From assembly GCA_038883715.1 (NCBI GenBank), contig JAVZLS010000005.1, forward strand, positions 1-64,000: a stretch of DNA of 64,000 nt, written 5' to 3'. The translations under genes were made by a program, and so were the position numbers. Under the pieces are notes generated by a model. That model ran no database searches. It had not been told where the DNA came from and saw nothing but the letters and a program-made list of their open reading frames with translations. How positions within the stretch are numbered: the first letter of the stretch is position 1; every line of letters starts with the position of its first letter. Below are positions 37,309 through 46,401 of this stretch, piece after piece. The DNA comes from Candidatus Bathyarchaeia archaeon. GTDB lineage: Archaea; Thermoproteota; Bathyarchaeia; Bathyarchaeales; Bathycorpusculaceae.

Positions 37309-38685
37309 TTGATGAGGACTATTGAATCCATAATCGTTATTATAATAATGTTGTCAGCCTTCTTCATAGCCTCCTATCTTATAATTCTTCCGTCGCCCAG
37401 GGCTGTTTCCCCTTTTAATCTTAGGGCTTTGGCTCTCACAGTTGTAAAAAATCTTGACACTGGTAGATATTTAAGCGAGGTCGCCTTCTCCGACGACGAC
37501 AGCAAGTGGAATGAGTTTCAAGCCGTCCTTTCAGCAAGCCTTCCGCCCCACATAGCCTATAACTTGACGGTTTATGAAATTAGTGAGAGTGGAGTTTATG
37601 TTCCTGTTAAAACAATCTCCAACGCTATTGGAAATGTTGCCTTCACCGAATCCATATCCTACATGGTCAGTTCTCCAGACGTCACCTACAAGACGGTTGC
37701 CCAGAAAATTTCAGAAGGCGGCAAAAACCTAACATTATACATATTGAATTGCGCCGACGCCAACGGATGGTGGATTACGGGTTATACGGCGCAAATGCTA
37801 GCCCAAGACGTCTACAACCTACTCAAACCATACTTCGAAACAATAATTCTAGTAAACAGCACATCCCAGCTACTCAGCCTACTGGATGGAATAAAGCTGA
37901 CATCAAGCCCAGCAGAAAGCGTCACAGACGCCATAATAATAAACACTTTCGGCGAAGTGGTACCAATCCCAATAGAGTATACAGAAGGGCGCTCCCGCGC
38001 AAACCAAGGTTATGATTCTTCTCAACGCTCTTATGCTCTTTACTGTCATACGCTAGGCAAAAAGGTTAAGCAGTACAATTGGAAATGGATTAGCATTGTT
38101 GGCTACCCATTCTTTTACGTGACAAACACTGTTAGATTTTACAATGTACAAAATGGCTACGGAATATACGGGATAGTCAGCGTTGGTGCCGCCGGCCTAA
38201 ACGCTTTTCTGCAAGGATTAAACAACGAGAGCTATGCTTATGATTCAACATGGATAACAAAGGATATAACCGCAGATTATGGCGTGCAGGTCCAATTTAC
38301 ATCAGAAGCCTACTATCGCGCTAACTATTATGGAATTTACCCAGCATCAAAACAAAGTGCAAGCAGAGCGCTTCCAGGTCCAGGAGCACAATATAGCATT
38401 ACAAGCCGATATAACCTTGGAGTGTATGCTCCTGTTTTCAATCCTGTTTTAATTCCGCCTAATCCATCACACCCGGAGTATGGGTATTATGCTGCTGCAA
38501 CTTTTAGGCATAACAGCGGGAAAGGCGCCTTAATAGCTATAGGCTTGACGAGAACGCCAGACATTAGAATAGCCGCCCTAGCCCTTCTGATGTACTACAA
38601 GCCGAACATTTTCAAAGAGACTTTCACAGCTCCGGGAAAGTCTAGGCTCATAATTTTGCAGTTGGCAGCTTTAGGAGGCGTTTAG
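37309..38685 (+). CDS. Pilin-like accessory protein lacking a basic leader
   Basis: MMRTIESIIVIIIML N-terminal helix, large globular domain. Confidence 0.75.
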   Translation: MMRTIESIIVIIIMLSAFFIASYLIILPSPRAVSPFNLRALALTVVKNLDTGRYLSEVAFSDDDSKWNEFQAVLSASLPPHIAYNLTVYEISESGVYVPVKTISNAIGNVAFTESISYMVSSPDVTYKTVAQKISEGGKNLTLYILNCADANGWWITGYTAQMLAQDVYNLLKPYFETIILVNSTSQLLSLLDGIKLTSSPAESVTDAIIINTFGEVVPIPIEYTEGRSRANQGYDSSQRSYALYCHTLGKKVKQYNWKWISIVGYPFFYVTNTVRFYNVQNGYGIYGIVSVGAAGLNAFLQGLNNESYAYDSTWITKDITADYGVQVQFTSEAYYRANYYGIYPASKQSASRALPGPGAQYSITSRYNLGVYAPVFNPVLIPPNPSHPEYGYYAAATFRHNSGKGALIAIGLTRTPDIRIAALALLMYYKPNIFKETFTAPGKSRLIILQLAALGGV

Positions 38686-38686
38686 A

Positions 38687-41056
38687 ATGCGTAGTGCTGT
38701 TAAGGGACAGTTTTCAATAATTGCCGCCGCTTTGTTAACCATAATTCTCATATCCGCTGTTGCCGTCACATACTCAATAATTAACTTTTCACTTCCCAAG
38801 GAGCAAACCAACGTTTCATCATCGGTTTACGAAATTAACAATTCTTTGAAGCAGATGCTGGAGTTCGCTGTTGGCTATTACTGTTCTGTATTGCAGGTGA
38901 CTGGCAATTCATCCTTTGCCCGAAGTCTAGCACGAGATTACCTTAACAGCGGTTTCGAATTTATTGCAAATTCGCATCCCGAGCTTAATCCCTCTATAAG
39001 GATTTCTGATATGAACTTTTCAGTTCGCTGGTATGAAGCCTCAAGCTACAGTATGGGCTATCTTAAAGCATCCTACGACTTGTTAAGACTACGCCTAAGC
39101 AACATAAACTATGACACTTTCTGTGCTCTAAGAGTTGAGATAACTGAAGTTACAGACAACACAGCAAAAGTTAACGTCACACTGGACGAAACCCGCCCGT
39201 ACCTTGGGCTAGCCGCTGAAAACTTCCTATTCTACTACTATGATAATGCAACTTCTAGCTGGATGAAACAGCAAGCCTCAAGTTTTAGGAGCGAAAATAA
39301 CCTCTACTTTTTAGGGATTCCACAAAGAGTTGAAAAAAAATGCTTCCTATTAGAAGTTTCAGACCCTAGAGGAATAATCGCCATCAACTTCTATTCAACA
39401 CGTAAAAAGCCCCAAATAACCTATGTTTTCAACTGGAACGCTACAGGAATGCAAAGTATCTACACCCAGCTCAAAAACGACAAAATTGTTGTTGAAGTTC
39501 TCCAGAATGGGACGTTATTATGGCTTGGACAGAAGCTTCTAGATGGGTATCCCATCCCACAATTGCCAATTAAGTGCCTAAGAGTAAGCGCAAACGCAGA
39601 CCTAAACCATCTGGAAGCCAAACAGATACCCTTCCAAGTTGAGGACTGGGCATCCAACTACAAAGTCCCCCTTGGCAGGAGCAGCGGTGAAACACTGTTT
39701 TCGAGCAGAAACATGATAGTCTTCCTAGTAGACCACAACGTAAAAAATGTGACCATATGGTGGGATGGAAGAGACAACGCCCAACAAACACCCTACGCAA
39801 CAATGAGAAGTTTCAATGACAAAATAGTAAGCACCGGTGGCGGCTGGGCGGTGGCAGTCTTAAGTAATGGCGTAATTCAGTTGAACATAACCTATAACAG
39901 CGGTAGTGGATCTTTCTATGTTGTTACTTCAACAAGCAGAGCTGACTTCATGCAAATAAACGGGCATTCGGCAAAATTCTATGCTTCACCATCCTTCCCC
40001 ATAATCAATGGCACTGTAAGGGATATTATACAACAAGAGGCTGAATGGTCAGGCTACAACAATTGGGGCTTTCCAAACACGTACGCCCAAATAGTTTTAA
40101 CTTTCCCAGCAAACACGACATACTACACATACGCCTTAAGGCTGATTTTTGTAAACGCTTCAACATGCCCAGAAGATAGGGTAATAACTAACCTCACTCC
40201 AATAACAATTTCAAGCGATTGGAAGGCGAGGCTTAAGGTTTTAACTGAAAACGGTACAAGCAATGGAATCCCCTTAGCAGTTGAGACGTATGTAGGTAGC
40301 TATGCCTTCTACAATTTCTCTGATGGAAAGTGGCAACACCATTGGACCCAATATAACTATACGAGTAGTACTGGCGCAGGAGTAATGTTCACCACTTTAG
40401 GCAATATGAAACTTTACTTCTTCGACAAGATTGCTAGACCAAACACAGGAATCTTAAACGTAACCACCACAGGACGATGGTTGACGCCAAGTTCGGTACA
40501 CAGCAGCTGCGGCTACTCAGGTAGCAATACTGCCGACCGCTCCATAGATGGGCGCACCTCGACTTATTGGCAGCATAACGCTCAATGCTATCACTGGATA
40601 GTCTATGATCTGGGCTCGTCGATGACTGTTTCAAGGATAAGAATTTTCCAGCCGAGCGGCAGCACTTATGATTGGGGCGGCGCAGCTGGCATAGAAGTTT
40701 ACGTTAGCAACAACCCTTCAAGCTGGGGCTCTGCCGTATGGAGTGGGACCGTTGCCGGCGATAGCTGGGTTCATAGTGGAGCTTTTCAAGCTCAAGGCAG
40801 ATACGTGAAGCTAGTGAGCAAGAGCAATTCTGCTGACCAGCGGTTGTATGAATTGCAAGTGGAAGTACAGCCATTTCAGAATGCCATTGAGGTTTCGCCT
40901 GTTAAACTTCAGTCAGCCTCCTTTAATTTTTCGCTCGATATCACATGGTTTGGTGCTGTTGTGACAATTCAGTCTGGCACCGACTTCATTTATAGGAATG
41001 GTGTTGGTTTGTGGGTTGTTGTTGAGCATCCTCCAAAGGTGGAGGTAATCGCTTAG
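38687..41056 (+). CDS. Large minor pilin/adhesin with class III signal and F5/8-type C (discoidin) domain
   Basis: KG/QFSIIAA; domain SIDGRTSTYW..WIVYDLG..VYVSNN..GRYVKL..ELQV. Confidence 0.82.
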   Translation: MRSAVKGQFSIIAAALLTIILISAVAVTYSIINFSLPKEQTNVSSSVYEINNSLKQMLEFAVGYYCSVLQVTGNSSFARSLARDYLNSGFEFIANSHPELNPSIRISDMNFSVRWYEASSYSMGYLKASYDLLRLRLSNINYDTFCALRVEITEVTDNTAKVNVTLDETRPYLGLAAENFLFYYYDNATSSWMKQQASSFRSENNLYFLGIPQRVEKKCFLLEVSDPRGIIAINFYSTRKKPQITYVFNWNATGMQSIYTQLKNDKIVVEVLQNGTLLWLGQKLLDGYPIPQLPIKCLRVSANADLNHLEAKQIPFQVEDWASNYKVPLGRSSGETLFSSRNMIVFLVDHNVKNVTIWWDGRDNAQQTPYATMRSFNDKIVSTGGGWAVAVLSNGVIQLNITYNSGSGSFYVVTSTSRADFMQINGHSAKFYASPSFPIINGTVRDIIQQEAEWSGYNNWGFPNTYAQIVLTFPANTTYYTYALRLIFVNASTCPEDRVITNLTPITISSDWKARLKVLTENGTSNGIPLAVETYVGSYAFYNFSDGKWQHHWTQYNYTSSTGAGVMFTTLGNMKLYFFDKIARPNTGILNVTTTGRWLTPSSVHSSCGYSGSNTADRSIDGRTSTYWQHNAQCYHWIVYDLGSSMTVSRIRIFQPSGSTYDWGGAAGIEVYVSNNPSSWGSAVWSGTVAGDSWVHSGAFQAQGRYVKLVSKSNSADQRLYELQVEVQPFQNAIEVSPVKLQSASFNFSLDITWFGAVVTIQSGTDFIYRNGVGLWVVVEHPPKVEVIA

Positions 41057-41148
41057 TGCGAAACTTACTTGAAATCTACATTGAGGGTTCATACAAGTTA
41101 AATAAGTATTCTTCAGATTTCATAAACCAGCAGAAGGTGCAAAACATC

Positions 41149-41598
41149 ATGAAACCCAAAACTCTCCTAAAATCTAGAAGGGGTATATCCCCAATCCTCG
41201 CAACCCTCCTGCTCATAGTAATAGCCGTAGCAGCCATAGTCGTCACATACGCATGGATAATGATATACATGCGCGGCGCAGGACACCAGGCTGGCATACA
41301 ACTCAACATAGAGGCTGTGAACTGGCCGGACAGCAACACCATCAAATTATATGTTAGAAACACGGGAACATCAGACGCAACAATAGGTACAGTCTATGTG
41401 GGTAAATCTTCAGAAAATCTTGTGCCGCAAAGTAATGTAACTTTCAACCCAAATAGTAAGGTTGTTGCAGCTAATGGAGGAACTATAGAGATAACGATCA
41501 CTTATCAGTGGGAGCCTCAAACAACATACTATTTCAAGGTTGCTCCATCAACCGGACCGGCAGCGGAAGGCAGCGCCAAATCACCAGCATCACCATAA
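41149..41598 (+). CDS. Major type IV pilin
   Basis: SRRG/ISPILATLLLIVIAVAA; LYVRNTG; own promoter-like AT box upstream. Confidence 0.9.
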   Translation: MKPKTLLKSRRGISPILATLLLIVIAVAAIVVTYAWIMIYMRGAGHQAGIQLNIEAVNWPDSNTIKLYVRNTGTSDATIGTVYVGKSSENLVPQSNVTFNPNSKVVAANGGTIEITITYQWEPQTTYYFKVAPSTGPAAEGSAKSPASP

Positions 41599-41676
41599 AT
41601 CCCCTCAAAATTTTAAGTTTTTAAATTCAGCTTTCGTTAAGTGTTATAAAGTACTTTTCTAAACCCAAAATAAGCA

Positions 41677-42498
41677 GTGACTAAAATGCAAGCCCTCATC
41701 GAAGCCACCAAAATAGGTTTAACAACATTTTTCCTATTTTATGCTTCTTGGAGCGACTACAAAACGCGTGAGGTAAGCAATAACGTCTGGGTTCTTTTTG
41801 CTCCACCAGCTTTCGCACTAACTTTTGCTGAACTTTTCCTTTTCGACCTTGATGCCCTAATCTTCTATGGCTTATGCTTCGGCTTAACATCAGCCTTCGC
41901 CATAATCCTCTTCTACGCCGGGGGCTTCGGTGGGGCGGACGCCAAAGCTTTGATGTGCTTAGCTTTGGCTTTTCCCTTCTATCCATTAGAGCTTCTAAAA
42001 CCCTTAATGGGCGAAGCCTCACCAATAATGAAAATGTTTTTTCCAGTAACGGTTTTCAGCAATTCTGTTATTTTGGCAGCTCTAACAGCCGTATACCTAC
42101 TATTCCATAATCTTCTATGGCGTATAAGGACTGGCAACCCACTCTTTGAGGGGGAACAACGAGAAGCGTCAATAGGTAAAAGGCTTTTGGTTCTTGCAAC
42201 TGGCTATAAGGTTCCCATTAAAAAGTTGAAGGAAAAATGGCATATATACCCCTTAGAAGACGTGGAAAACACAGAGGAAGGCGAAGTAAAAAGGAAGCTT
42301 CTGGTTCTGCCAAAAGATGAGGAGAGAGAAGCCATAGTAAAAAGGCTGGAAAAGGCTGTTGAGGATGGAAAAATCCGAGAAAAAGTTTGGGCGACGCCTG
42401 GACTGCCAATGCTAATTTTCATGACTGCCGGCTTAGTCTTAGCTCTGGTTTACGGAGACGTTGTATGGGCTTTAGTCCGCCTTTTTATTGGAGGATAG
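41677..42498 (+). CDS. pibD: Prepilin/prearchaellin peptidase (A24)
   Basis: SDYKTREV, GGADAK (GxGD-type), C-terminal WATPGLPM. Confidence 0.9.
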   Translation: MTKMQALIEATKIGLTTFFLFYASWSDYKTREVSNNVWVLFAPPAFALTFAELFLFDLDALIFYGLCFGLTSAFAIILFYAGGFGGADAKALMCLALAFPFYPLELLKPLMGEASPIMKMFFPVTVFSNSVILAALTAVYLLFHNLLWRIRTGNPLFEGEQREASIGKRLLVLATGYKVPIKKLKEKWHIYPLEDVENTEEGEVKRKLLVLPKDEEREAIVKRLEKAVEDGKIREKVWATPGLPMLIFMTAGLVLALVYGDVVWALVRLFIGG

Positions 42499-42555
42499 CG
42501 TTCAAAAGAGTTAATTCTGTTCGGTTGGCAATACATTGTTTTGGAAGGATAAAAC

Positions 42556-43665
42556 TTGCTGGACAAATATTTGGACGAAGTTAAGAATTTTCTAAAAAAC
42601 CAGCAAAGAGAAGTTGAAGTCGTTGTAATGCCAGACTTCTTTCTTGACAGGTTTGTAAACGTGAACACAAGCCCAGACCACCTTTTTAGGATAGTTGTGG
42701 ATGTCGTGGAAAGGAAGGGCGGAAGCATAGACGGAATAAGCCAAAAAGAGTTTAGGGGTGGAAACGCCATAAACACCGCTGCTGCTTTGGCAAGTTTAGG
42801 CGTAAATGTCACGCCAATAGTTTGCACAGACAAGCTCGGGCTTCAACTAATCAAATTCTATGCGAAATCGCCAAAAATCAACTTAAAACATATAAAAATT
42901 GTGGAAAAGCCCTCAATAACAACAGCCCTAGAATTCGAAACGGATGGTGGCAAAGTTAATGTCATGCTTAGGGATGTCGGCTCATTGGCAGGTTTTGGAC
43001 CGCTAAACCTAGACGCTGAAGACTTTGAAGCTATAGAAAGGGCTGATTGCATTTGCGTTTTCAACTGGGCTGGAACAAGGAAATATGGCACTGAACTAGC
43101 TGAAACCGTTTTCCACCACGCCAAAGTGAGAGGACAAGGCAAAACCTATTTTGACCCAGCCGACCCCACCCCAAACAGGGAAGAAGCCAAAAAACTGCTT
43201 GATAGGGTTATGAAAAGCGATTTGGTGGACGTTTTAAGCCTAAACGAGAATGAGGCAGTCTTTTTCGCCTCGCTTCTGAAGGGGAAAGCTGAAAAACCAG
43301 AGAAAGGCATGAATTTTGAAGAGTTGGCAAGAGAGTCCGCAAAGTTTTTAGCTTCCCATTTAAGGGTGAGGATAGACCTCCACACGACAGAGTATTCTGC
43401 AACATTCACAAGGAATAAAGAAACACTTGTTCCAGCCTTCCATGTTCGTGTTTTGAGGGCGACCGGCGCTGGAGACGCTTGGAATGCTGGAAACATACTT
43501 GGAACGGTTTACGGGTTGAGCGACGCTGTTAGGCTTACGTTGGCTAATGCTGTTGCAGCCTACTACATATCAAACCCGGAAGGCAAACACCCAACACGAA
43601 AAGTGCTTTTCAAGTTCTGTGATAGGCTTAAGGGCATGTGGAAGACCAAAACAGATAAAAATTAG
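42556..43665 (+). CDS. PfkB family carbohydrate kinase
   Basis: GGNAIN, NENEA, ATGAGDAWNAG. Confidence 0.88.
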   Translation: MLDKYLDEVKNFLKNQQREVEVVVMPDFFLDRFVNVNTSPDHLFRIVVDVVERKGGSIDGISQKEFRGGNAINTAAALASLGVNVTPIVCTDKLGLQLIKFYAKSPKINLKHIKIVEKPSITTALEFETDGGKVNVMLRDVGSLAGFGPLNLDAEDFEAIERADCICVFNWAGTRKYGTELAETVFHHAKVRGQGKTYFDPADPTPNREEAKKLLDRVMKSDLVDVLSLNENEAVFFASLLKGKAEKPEKGMNFEELARESAKFLASHLRVRIDLHTTEYSATFTRNKETLVPAFHVRVLRATGAGDAWNAGNILGTVYGLSDAVRLTLANAVAAYYISNPEGKHPTRKVLFKFCDRLKGMWKTKTDKN

Positions 43666-43700
43666 AACGGGCAAAAGAGCATCAGCTTGGAGACTTTAGC

Positions 43701-43895
43701 ATGCCGACGGAAATCTTCGACATAGACAAATTCGTTGAAATAAGTGAGAGAGCAGAGTACTGCGCAGTCAAGCGCCTAAAAGACGTTGTAAAACTGAAGC
43801 TTCGCACACCAAAAATGCTCTACACCCTAAGGGTTGAGCCTTCAAAGGCTGAAGAAGTTATAAAGAAGCTCGGATGTGAAATCCGCGAAATATAA
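43701..43895 (+). CDS. rpl38e: 50S ribosomal protein eL38
   Basis: MP.EI..F...VK..VKLKLRT..LYTL..KAE pattern matches eL38. Confidence 0.8.
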   Translation: MPTEIFDIDKFVEISERAEYCAVKRLKDVVKLKLRTPKMLYTLRVEPSKAEEVIKKLGCEIREI

Positions 43896-43900
43896 AATTT

Positions 43901-44677
43901 CTAACGCTTACTTTTATAGTAGGCTTGAATTCCACTATTTATGTCTAATAATGCTAAAGTGGCTTTAACTTTAAGCTCAAAAACTACGTAATCATCTTCC
44001 ACAAATAATGGTATACCGTTCAATGCTTCAAGCACAATATCTGGAGCCGCGGAATCCAAGTCAACAATGTCAACTTTATCCTCTTTAACATTCAAGGCTT
44101 TCGCCAAGTCCACGGCAAGCTCTCCCAAATCATACAAGTCATGAGGCTTTCCAAAATACACAGAAATGTCATAATCGCCCTTCAAAGAGTATCCTTTGGT
44201 TCTGCCACCGAACAAAAACGCCGATTTCACCCTTCCTTTGAACACTTTTCGCAGATTTTTCTTCGAGATGTTTAAGGCTGGGGGGTCTATTTTTTTCCCT
44301 TTTAAACCCTCCTTAAGTGTTCTGGCTATTCTCGGAGCATCTTTCACGAGTTTTCTTGCGGAACCCATCACTAGGCTTCTGTCAACTGTTGCGTATGCAT
44401 GTACTAAGATGTTCCTCATACCAGCCATAGACTTTAAAACTTTAGCGTCCTTTTCGTCTAAGAGGTTTAGGTCTGCTAACAGTGCGCCTATTTCCCCATA
44501 TACTTTAGGGGTTCTACCTCCTACGGCTGAAATTGCCATAACCCCTAGGTCAAGAAGCGCTTGTATTGTTAGTTGTACAAGCCTTTCCGTTCCCCTGTAA
44601 CTTTTTTCGCTTTTCAGCTCTTTTACAAGCTCTGTTAATTGCTTTACCTGCTGGTCTATTCTTTCCATTATTTTCAA
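43901..44677 (-). CDS. HEPN (HepT/DUF86) RNase fused to minimal nucleotidyltransferase (MntA)
   Basis: GMRNILVHAY (Rx4H) in the N-half; LFGGR..G....DYDISV..VDIVDL in the C-half. Confidence 0.88.
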   Translation of the reverse strand: MKIMERIDQQVKQLTELVKELKSEKSYRGTERLVQLTIQALLDLGVMAISAVGGRTPKVYGEIGALLADLNLLDEKDAKVLKSMAGMRNILVHAYATVDRSLVMGSARKLVKDAPRIARTLKEGLKGKKIDPPALNISKKNLRKVFKGRVKSAFLFGGRTKGYSLKGDYDISVYFGKPHDLYDLGELAVDLAKALNVKEDKVDIVDLDSAAPDIVLEALNGIPLFVEDDYVVFELKVKATLALLDINSGIQAYYKSKR

Positions 44678-44742
44678 TTATTATCCCGGCGTTTCAAAGC
44701 TACATTAAATTAATGGCGTTGCTCTTTATTTATTTGCTGTAG

Positions 44743-45669
44743 CTATGTTATACTCATCACAACTTTTGCGAGGCGAATTGAGTCTTCAAGGCTTTTCATT
44801 ACCGTGTTTGCCACCGTAACTTTCATTCCAAGCTTTTCTATGCGGCTTTTCTGTTCTTTATCAACTTCGTCGATTATGAAGTGTTTTAGAAGTTTTCCAT
44901 AAAATTTTGCCACTCCGTAGGCTGATGGTTCGAAGCCCATGCTTGCCATTATTTTATCAGCAGGTCCTTTAAGGGCCTTTCCGCCCACTATTGGGCTTAT
45001 GCCCACTATTGGTGCTTTTGATTTTTCCAGTGCCTTTTTTATGGCTTTTACGGAGAGAATTGGAGCTATGCTAAGGACGGGGTTACTGGGGCAGATTATT
45101 ATGCGTTCAGCCTCCTCTATGGCTTGGGTGGCACCCGGTGCTGGTTCCGCCTTTTTAGAGCCTTCGAAAATTACGTCTGTAACGGGGTCTTTTGCTCCTC
45201 TTTTGACGAAGTATTCTTGAAATTCGAGGAGCGTGTTGCCAGATTTAATCTTTGTCCGCACAGGGTCGTTGCTCATTGGTATGAGGTTTGCCTCAACTCC
45301 AAGCATTTTGCATACTTTCTCTGTGGCTTGGGATAGGGTCATGCCTTCCCGTAACATTTTTGTTCTTGTTATGTGAACTGCCAAGTCTCTGTCTCCTAGA
45401 CGGAACCATGTTTCAAATCCTAAGCGTCCCAGCATTTCAAGGCAGTTGAAGGTGTCGCCCGCTATACCCCAGCCTTTTTCTTCGTCCACTATTCCAGCAA
45501 GCGTGTACATTATTATGTCTAGGTCTGGGCTTATATGAAGCCCATAAAGCTCTATGTCGTCGCCCACATTGCCAATAATAAAGAGGTTTTTGGGCGGCAC
45601 AACTTTTACAAGTCCTCTGAGGAGTTTTGCTGCCCCAACACCGCCGGCAAGCGCCACAACCTTTCTCAT
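44743..45669 (-). CDS. cofD: 2-phospho-L-lactate (or enolpyruvyl) transferase
   Basis: LAGGVGAAK, SPDLD, WFRLGDRD, FQEYFV, PSNPVLSI, KGPADK. Confidence 0.96.
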   Translation of the reverse strand: MRKVVALAGGVGAAKLLRGLVKVVPPKNLFIIGNVGDDIELYGLHISPDLDIIMYTLAGIVDEEKGWGIAGDTFNCLEMLGRLGFETWFRLGDRDLAVHITRTKMLREGMTLSQATEKVCKMLGVEANLIPMSNDPVRTKIKSGNTLLEFQEYFVKRGAKDPVTDVIFEGSKKAEPAPGATQAIEEAERIIICPSNPVLSIAPILSVKAIKKALEKSKAPIVGISPIVGGKALKGPADKIMASMGFEPSAYGVAKFYGKLLKHFIIDEVDKEQKSRIEKLGMKVTVANTVMKSLEDSIRLAKVVMSIT

Positions 45670-45728
45670 AAAACCACACCTATAAATTGGTTCTTAGCCT
45701 TAAAAGTGCTTGTTAGGGTGTACTCAAA

Positions 45729-46352
45729 TTGGATGCCGTTGAGCTTATTAAGACTAGGCGGAGCATCCGCAAGTTTAAAAAGGCAAAAGTTTCCCGCGAA
45801 GTTGTAAGCTCCATTTTAGATTTGGCTAGGTGGGCCCCTTCAGCGCACAATGCTCAACCTTGGCGCGTGGTCATAATAGACGATGGCACGGTGAAGGCTA
45901 GGCTTGCCACAGCAATGGGGAGGGCTTGGCTTTCAGACATGCTCAAGGATGGCGTCCCTAAAGAAAAGGCTGAAGCAATTGTTAAGGTTGAGAGTTGGCA
46001 GCGGATAACAGAAAGCCCCATAGTCCTCATAGTCTGTCTGGCAATGGAGAACATGCACAAATACCCAGATAAGAGAAGGCGAAAGGCTGAATATATAATG
46101 GGCGTTCAAAGCGTTGCCGCTTATGTTCAGAACTTGCTTCTTTTGGCTCATTATTATGGGCTTGGGGCATGTTGGATTTGTGCGCCCTTATTCTGTCAAA
46201 ACGCCATGAGAAAAGTTTTAGGTTTGCCCTCTGAAATTGAGCCTCAGGCAATGGTTATAATGGGTTATCCAGATGAAAAGCCGGAGCCTCCGCCGAGGAA
46301 GCCTCTAGAGGCTTTTTCCGCATTTAATTCTTGGATTCAGCATTGGAAATAG
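45729..46352 (+). CDS. Nitroreductase resembling the FbiB C-terminal domain/FbiE (dehydro-F420 reductase)
   Basis: RRSIR, APSAHNAQPW, MGRAW..DM..DG, YPD.RR..AE..M..QSV, GLGACW..AP.F; divergent from cofD. Confidence 0.8.
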   Translation: MDAVELIKTRRSIRKFKKAKVSREVVSSILDLARWAPSAHNAQPWRVVIIDDGTVKARLATAMGRAWLSDMLKDGVPKEKAEAIVKVESWQRITESPIVLIVCLAMENMHKYPDKRRRKAEYIMGVQSVAAYVQNLLLLAHYYGLGACWICAPLFCQNAMRKVLGLPSEIEPQAMVIMGYPDEKPEPPPRKPLEAFSAFNSWIQHWK

Positions 46353-46401
46353 AAAATATGTAAAGTAAAAGAGTATGGGGTGTTTGGCGGTTTTAATGGA
46401 C

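Noticed and set aside
31386-42498. Archaellum operon
   Set aside because: No ArlH, ArlF or ArlG and no chemotaxis genes; pilin set fits a pilus
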